Assembly (NCBI GenBank): GCA_004431415.1
Contig: QPMI01000078.1
Span: forward strand, 1 to 64,000
Direction: 5' to 3'
Length of the DNA stretch: 64,000 bases
From: Cyanophora paradoxa CCMP329
Taxonomy: Eukaryota; Plantae; Glaucophyta
Shown here: positions 58,001-64,000 of the stretch, piece by piece
Numbering within the stretch: the first letter of the stretch is position 1
Layout: every line of letters begins with the position of its first letter
The notes under the pieces: model-generated
Told to the model about the DNA's origin: nothing
Databases searched by the model: none
The model's input: only the letters and a program-made list of their open reading frames with translations
Made by a program: the position numbers and the translations under genes

Positions 58001-59283
58001 TCAGCCGTCCCCCGCGGCCGGGGCGGCTCCTCGTGCACCGGTGCCGCCGCCGGGGGGCGGGGTGGCGGGGCGGGAGCCGGAGGAGGGCGGCGAGTCGCCC
58101 GCTGCCTCCTGCTCCTCCTGTTGCCGCTGCCGGGCGAGCCGCTCGAGCTTCTCGATGAGCTCCTCCGCGTCGATGGGGTCCGAGCCCCGTTGCACAGCCT
58201 GCTGCCGCGACCTCCCCGCCGCCCCCGTGCTCGGTTGACCCGCCGCCGCCGCCGCTGCCGCTGCCGCGCCGCTTCCGCTAGCTCGTGCCGGCGGCGGCGC
58301 CGCTTGGGCTGGTGCCCCGGCCGCGTGGGTCGGCGGCTGGGTCGTCGACGTGGCGCCGGCGCGGGGCCGTGCCGCCTCCGCAGCGATCTCCGCCTGCAGC
58401 TCGGCCCCCGCCTCCGGGCCGCTGAGCAGCTGGCCCATCCTTGCGCGCCTCGGGCGCAGACGCCGGCGTCGGCTCACGCGCGCGCAAACGGGGACGCTCA
58501 GCCGTTGAACCGGGGCTCACAGCCTGCACGGCAGCGGCCCCGTCATTCCGAGCGGAAACAAGCCATTCGATGCGACCAAGCACCGGAAAAGAGGGCCTGG
58601 ATCGCGTGGCGCGCTGGGCAAGCGATGGGCAAGCTTGCTTGTGTTATCAATGCGCAACCGGCGTCGCGCAGCTCTTCCGAGGCTTTCTGCGCGCCTCGAA
58701 TGGTCTCCAAATCGCCTTTCCGACGCGGGCAGCCCGCCAGGCGTGCTCCAGCTAAAAGTGTCCTGAAAGCTGATCCTTTCGAATCCCGGTCCTCTGGTCG
58801 CTTCGATCGGCCTCCGACCGCCGCTGGAGCTCTTGTACACCACAGAGCCGTGCAGTTGCACTGCAGCTGTGCGCCTCTGTAGGAAGGCCGACCTACCCAA
58901 GCCAACAAGCCGACGAGGCGCGATACCCCCCTGACGGCTTGACCCGGCTTGAAACGGGCGATGAGCACACCCTCGCTCTACGAAGGCTGCGCACGCGCGT
59001 CCTAGCGTCGAAAGCGGATGGATCCAGGTGAGGCCTTCCGCGACCTGAGCCTGGCCTCGCGACGCGCCAACCTGGCGCGGCGCAGGTAGGCTCTTCAGGC
59101 CGGCGGCGGGAGCGCAGCAGCCAAGGACAAGCGATGCGGCTCCGGCGGTGCGGACGATGCGACGGGGCCGCGCGTACACCGCCTGACGCGCCGGCCGCAG
59201 TCCTCGTCCTCGCTGCTCTCGGGCGCCCTGCGCGTCCCGGTGAAGCGGGCTTCGAGCGCGGGCCCTGCCGGACGCACTCCCAT
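58001..59283 (-). CDS. Hypothetical multi-exon gene divergent from LRRC49
   Basis: Terminal exon IDAEELIEKLERLARQRQQEEQE; upstream short exons bounded by CGCAG acceptors. Start uncertain. Confidence 0.35.
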
Positions 59284-59512
59284 CGGCGGCGCCGGCTTCG
59301 CGGCGGCTCGCCCGTCCAGCGCGGCGCGTCGCCCCGGCCCGGCCCCCCGCCGCGCCGCCTCTGAGCCCCGCCCGCGCAGATGACGGCCTCAGGCGCGCCC
59401 GTAGTCAGCAAAGGTGCGGTTCCGCGGTGCCCCGCGAAGCCCGCCGGCGATCCGTGACCGGGGAGCGGCAGTGGGCGCGGCGCTGGCGCCGGGGGCGGTG
59501 ACGCGGCAGCGC

Positions 59513-62500
59513 ATGTCCACGGCCCTCGCGGCGGCGGCGGCGGCGCCGGCGCCCTTCATCATCGGGACCAGCGCGGCCCGCCGGCCCGGCCAGACCCAGG
59601 CGCGCGCGCTCTCTCCGCCCGCCGCCGCGCGCGCCCGCTGACCGCGGCGCGCAGGACGCGGTGCGCTGGGGCGAGCGGGCGGGACTCCGCGCCCGGCGGC
59701 CCGCGCGTCAGGGCACGCCTGACGGGGCGCAGGGCCTGCCGCGGGCGTCGAGCACGGTGTCGGGGCGGGCCCCGCGGGAAGGCGGGCGAGGGCGGGGCCG
59801 GGGCCGGCGAGGAGGCGACGAGCCTCGTGGAGTGCCCCGGCGCCCCCGGCGTCCTTATGGTCGTCCGGAGGCGCGCCCGATCCCGCCCCGCACGGAGGTC
59901 GGGCCCGGCCCCGGGGCGCTGACGGGGGCGGGCGGGGCGCAGCGCGGAGGAGAAGGCTCGGAACCCCGAGCGCCTGAACCTCGACCGCCGCCGCCTCACG
60001 GCCCGCCCCGGCCCCGGCCCCGCCCGCACCGCCCGCACCGCCCGCTCGGGGCCCTAGCTCAGCCTAAGCGAGCGCGGCCGCCGCAGAGCTGCCCGATCCT
60101 TAGCCGTAGCGTAGCGTATCTGAGCGCGTCTGAGCGAGCGAGCGAGTCTGAGCGGGGGCCGCGCAGAGCTGCCCGATCCTGCAGGACGAGCGCCGCCTGC
60201 GCCTCCTCAACTACCAGGCCCGCCGCCCCGCCCCCTCCCCCAGTCCTTCTCGAGCGAGCGGGCGGGCAAACGACCTCGAATCGCAGAACAACCTCATCGG
60301 GCGGATCGAGCAACTGGCCGGGCTCCCCAACCTCATCTTCCTCGACCTCTACAACAACCACATCCAGGCCCGCCGCCTTGGAGCCCCCGCCCCGCCCTCC
60401 CGCCCCCCGCTTCGCCTTAGCAGCCGTCCTCGCCTCGCCGCCTCCTCGCCGCCTCGCCCGCCCGCCCGCCCGCCCGCCCGCCGCCTCGGCCTCGGCCTTG
60501 CTAGGGCCTTGGAGCTATCTCCCTCCCCGCCTCGCCCTCTCTGCTGTGCTTTACAGCCGCCGACGCAGCGGATCGAGGGTCTGGAGGGCGTCCCCTCCCT
60601 GCGCGTCCTCATGCTCGGCAAGAACCGCATCGAGCGCATCGAGGCCCGCCGCCCTGCTCCCCCTCCTCCCTCCCTGCCTAGTTTACCTACGACGCCCTCG
60701 CCACGCTACGACGCCCTAGTTTAGCTCCCGTGACGCCCGCCGCCCTCCAATGACGCCCTGTCTACCCCCCGCGTCCATCTCCTCCTCCCCTTTTCCCCTC
60801 CCCCTCCGCCCTGCCTATCTAGCCGTAACGCCCGCCCCTGCAGGGCCTGGAGTGCCTGATGCGGCTCGACGTGCTGGACCTCCACTCCAACGCCATCAAG
60901 CGCCTCGGCCCGCCCGCCCCCGCCCTGCCTGAGGGAGGGCCTGACTCTCTCTCTGCGGGGCAGAGGGCCTGGGCCACCTCTCCGAGCTCCGCGTCCTCAA
61001 GCGCGCCTCCCCCTCCCCGCCCCGCCGTCCTTCCTCTCTGACCTCTTGTCCTTTTCCCCCACAGCCTGGCGGGGAACGCGGTGGCGGAGGTCGAGGGCCT
61101 CGGCGGCCTCGCGGCCCTCGCAGAGCTCAACCTCCGCCGCAACCAGGCCAGCCCGCCCCTCCCGCTCGTCCCGCCCCCCGCCCAGAGACTATCTCTACCT
61201 TCCTTCTGCGAGCTGACGCCGCCGCCCCGCCCCCCGCCCCCGCAGATCACGGCGGTGCGGGGCCTGGAGTCGCTGCCGGCCCTCCAGCGCCTCTTCCTCT
61301 CCAACGCGCGCCGCGCCCGCCTTCCCCGCGCGCGTCCGCCTCCTCTCAGCAGCTTCTCAGAACCGGATCGCGTCGCTGGAGGCGGTGGAGTGCGTCTTTG
61401 GCCTGCGCGCCCTCGCCGGTGAGCTCGAGGCCCCGCGACCCGTACCCCGACTTTCTTGCTTACCTTTCCTCGCGCCCCCGGGCCCCCCGCAGAGCTCGCC
61501 CTCGACGGCAACCCCGTCGTCGCCTCCTCCTCCTCCCCCTCCCCGCCCCCCGCCCCCGCCGCCGGCTCGGGCCCCGCCTCCCCCTCGCCCTCCCCGCCCC
61601 CGGGCCAGGACGGCCCCGCCCCCGCCCCCTCCAGCGCCCCCTCCTGCGCCCCCGACGACCCCTCCCAGCAGCCCCTCTACCGGTGCCGGCCCGTACCCCC
61701 CACGTCCCCCGCGACCCGTACCCCCGTTCGCCCGCCCGGCCGACGGCGCCGCCCCCGCAGCTTCCTCATTCTGGACCGCATCCGCACGCTCCGCCACCTC
61801 GACGCCACCCGGGCCCGCATACCCCTTCCCCTCCCCTCCCTCCCTCCCTCTCCCGCCGCTGACTCTGCCTCAGGTCTCTGACGAGGAGCGGCGTGCGGTA
61901 GCAGCCGGCCTCCTCGCATGGACCCAGTTCCGATCCCGCCCGGAGGCCCCCGAGCCGCCCCCGCCCTCCGACGCCTCCGCCTCCGCCTCCGCCTCTGCCT
62001 CCGCGTCGCCGCCTCCGCCCGGCGGGGCTGCCCACGCCCAGTCCCAGCAGCCGGCCTCGGCCCGGGCGCGCTCGGCCGGCCCCGCCGGCACGTCGGCGTC
62101 GACGTCGGTCGTCGGTGCTCCGAGCCAGGGCGCCTTCGAGCTGGTCGCCGGCCGCCTCGTCGTGTACGCCCCGCCCGCCCGCCCGCCGAAGCCTTCGTTC
62201 GGGCCCGTCCTCTAACCAAAGCGCAGGCGGGGCGGGGGGCCCGGGGCGCTGGAGGCGGCGCTGGAGCGCTGCGGGGGTCCTTTCGAGGCCCTCGAGCTCG
62301 CGGGGGTGCCCCTCCCCTCCGCCCTCACCCCGCCCGCCCTCCGCCGCCTCCGCCGCCCCGAGGGCCCCTCTCGCCTCCTCCTCTCCGCCAACGGCCTCGC
62401 CAGCCTGCCCCAGGCCCGCCCCGCCCGCCCCGCCCCGCCCCGCCCCGCCCCGCCTCACAAGGGGGCGCAGCTGGAGGCGCTGGCGGGGGCCTTCGGGCCG

Positions 62501-63288
62501 CGCCTGCGGGAGCTCGAGCTGCGGGAGAACGCGGCGTGCGGGCTGGCGCTCTTGCGGCCCTTCGCCGCCGCTGCCTTCCCCGCCCTCGCCGCCCTCAACG
62601 GCGCCCCGTCACCCCGCCGAGCGCGCCCGCGGCCAGCTCCTCTTCGGCGCGCCTGTACCCTGCCCCACCCCGCCCGCCCCGCCCCGGGACGCCACTGACG
62701 GGCGCGTGCGCGCGCGCGAGCGAGCGCAGGTCGCCTGCGCCGCCTCGCGGAGGGCGCCACCGCGGGGTCGGCGAGGAGGCCGGCGGGCCCTCGGCACGCC
62801 CCGAGGGCGCCGGCGCGCCCGCCGCGCCGGCCCCCGGCACCGGCCCGCACGCCGCCGCCGCCGCCGCCTGTGCGCCTCTCTCTACCCCGCCCCGAGCTGG
62901 CCCCTCCCCGCCCCGCTGCGCTGACACCGATACCGGCCGCGGGCAGTCGTGGAGGGGCGGTGGAGCACGCGGCGCGCGTCTGCGAGCGGCTGGCGCGGCT
63001 CGAGGCGGCGTGGCCGGCCGTCGTCGCCGCCCTCGTGCGACAGGGCCTGCGCGACGCGGAGGCCGCCCGCGGGGCGCGCCCGGCGCCGGTCAGCACCGCC
63101 CCCGCCGAGCTCGACTGGGCGCGCGTGTCCGTGACGGACCTCGCCGCGTTCACCGCCCGCGACCGCTGTACCCTGCCTCGCTAGCTTGCCGAGCCCCGCC
63201 CCGCCCCGCCCCGCCCGCGCGCGGCCCCGCTCCCGGCCCGCTTGTGAGCGCTGGCGGCCTAGGCCTCAGCGGGGCCTCGGAACACTGA
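59513..63288 (+). CDS. LRRC49: Leucine-rich repeat protein 49 orthologue (centriolar/tubulin polyglutamylase-associated), many short introns
   Basis: Spliced EEKARNPERLNLDRRRLTSCPILQDERRLRLLNYQNNLIGRIEQLAGLPNLIFLDLYNNHIQRIEGLEGVPSLRVLMLGKNRIERIEGLECLMRLDVLDLHSN matches LRRC49. 3' end approximate. Confidence 0.85.
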
Positions 63289-63449
63289 CAAAGTTACGAC
63301 ATACATATGCATACATCTTATACCTGTCTAGATCTTAAGTAAGTAAAGTAGGATCGCATTTACAGCATGCAAGACGGCACGCGCAGTAACTTGATAATGC
63401 ATAGAAAGTAAGCAGAGCCCCCGCCGCCCCTGCGGCAGGGGCCTAGAGT

Positions 63450-64000
63450 AAAACGGAAGAGGGGGGGGGGGGCGGAGGAGGAACGGTCACCCGGCGGCGT
63501 GCGCGGGGTGGAGCGGCTGAGCTGCTAGCCATGGGGCGCCTCGAGGCGGTAGTGGGAGAGGTAGAAGGAGGCCCCCGCGGAGCTGAAGAAGGCGGCGGCG
63601 TCGGCGGCGAGGCGCGCCGCCTCGCGCGGCGCCAGCAGCCGCCCGCAGCGCGCCGCCAGCTCCGCCCGCGCCACCGCCGCCGCCGCAGGCATGCCCCGCC
63701 GCTCCGCCCCCGCGCCGCCCGCCGCAGCGCCGCCGCCGCCTGCGCCGCCTGCGCCGCGGCGCTGGCGGCGGCGTGGCGCGGGGCGAGTTCGGCGGCGGCG
63801 AGGGCGGCGCGGGCCCGCAGCAGCTCGCCGAGCGGCTCGAGGCTCTTGTGCCGCTTGAGCCGGCGCGCCGCCGCCGCCGCGAGCCGCGAGAGCAGCGCCG
63901 CGGCGCGGGCCGCGTCGGGCGAGTGCGGCGGGGCCGCCGGCTTGCGCTCCGGGGTGGGCGGGCCGCTGGCGGGGCCGGCGGGGCGGCGATGATGTCGATG
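63450..64000 (-). CDS. 3' end of an Ala-rich host gene, partial
   Basis: Minus-strand frame AALLSRLAAAAARRLKRHKSLEPLGELLRAR...AARLAADAAAFFSS, convergent on an AT-rich spacer at 63290-63420. Confidence 0.4.

Overview
Eukaryotic, very GC-rich genomic DNA from an intron-rich flagellate protist or alga. This is inferred from an LRRC49 orthologue and many short, mostly GC-AG introns; the species cannot be assigned from sequence alone. The window has three zones. (1) 1-~15.9 kb is the right part of an endogenous DNA virus-like element. It has densely packed, mostly intronless genes sharing an upstream (A/T)TTTCT motif, including a Nucleocytoviricota-type DUF5767-like protein, an OB-fold ssDNA-binding protein, small membrane proteins, a herpesvirus UL9-like origin-binding SF2 helicase and a YqaJ/lambda exonuclease. 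It also has two families of origin-like palindromic repeats and one gene carrying host-type spliceosomal introns. No capsid, packaging ATPase or integrase lies in the window. (2) ~16-48 kb holds a lower-GC secreted-protein gene and then a nest of transposable elements: hAT MITEs with 8-bp TSDs, a deleted hAT, a CAC-ended MITE, a TA-TSD TIR element, a long-TIR element filled with a 197-bp satellite, a head-to-tail Helitron-like dimer, and a short-LTR element with an antisense gag-like ORF. (3) ~44-64 kb holds host genes: F-box paralogues, an RNA-dependent RNA polymerase and LRRC49. Many ORFs carry single-base frameshifts, which may be long-read errors, so several gene models below are manual reconstructions.
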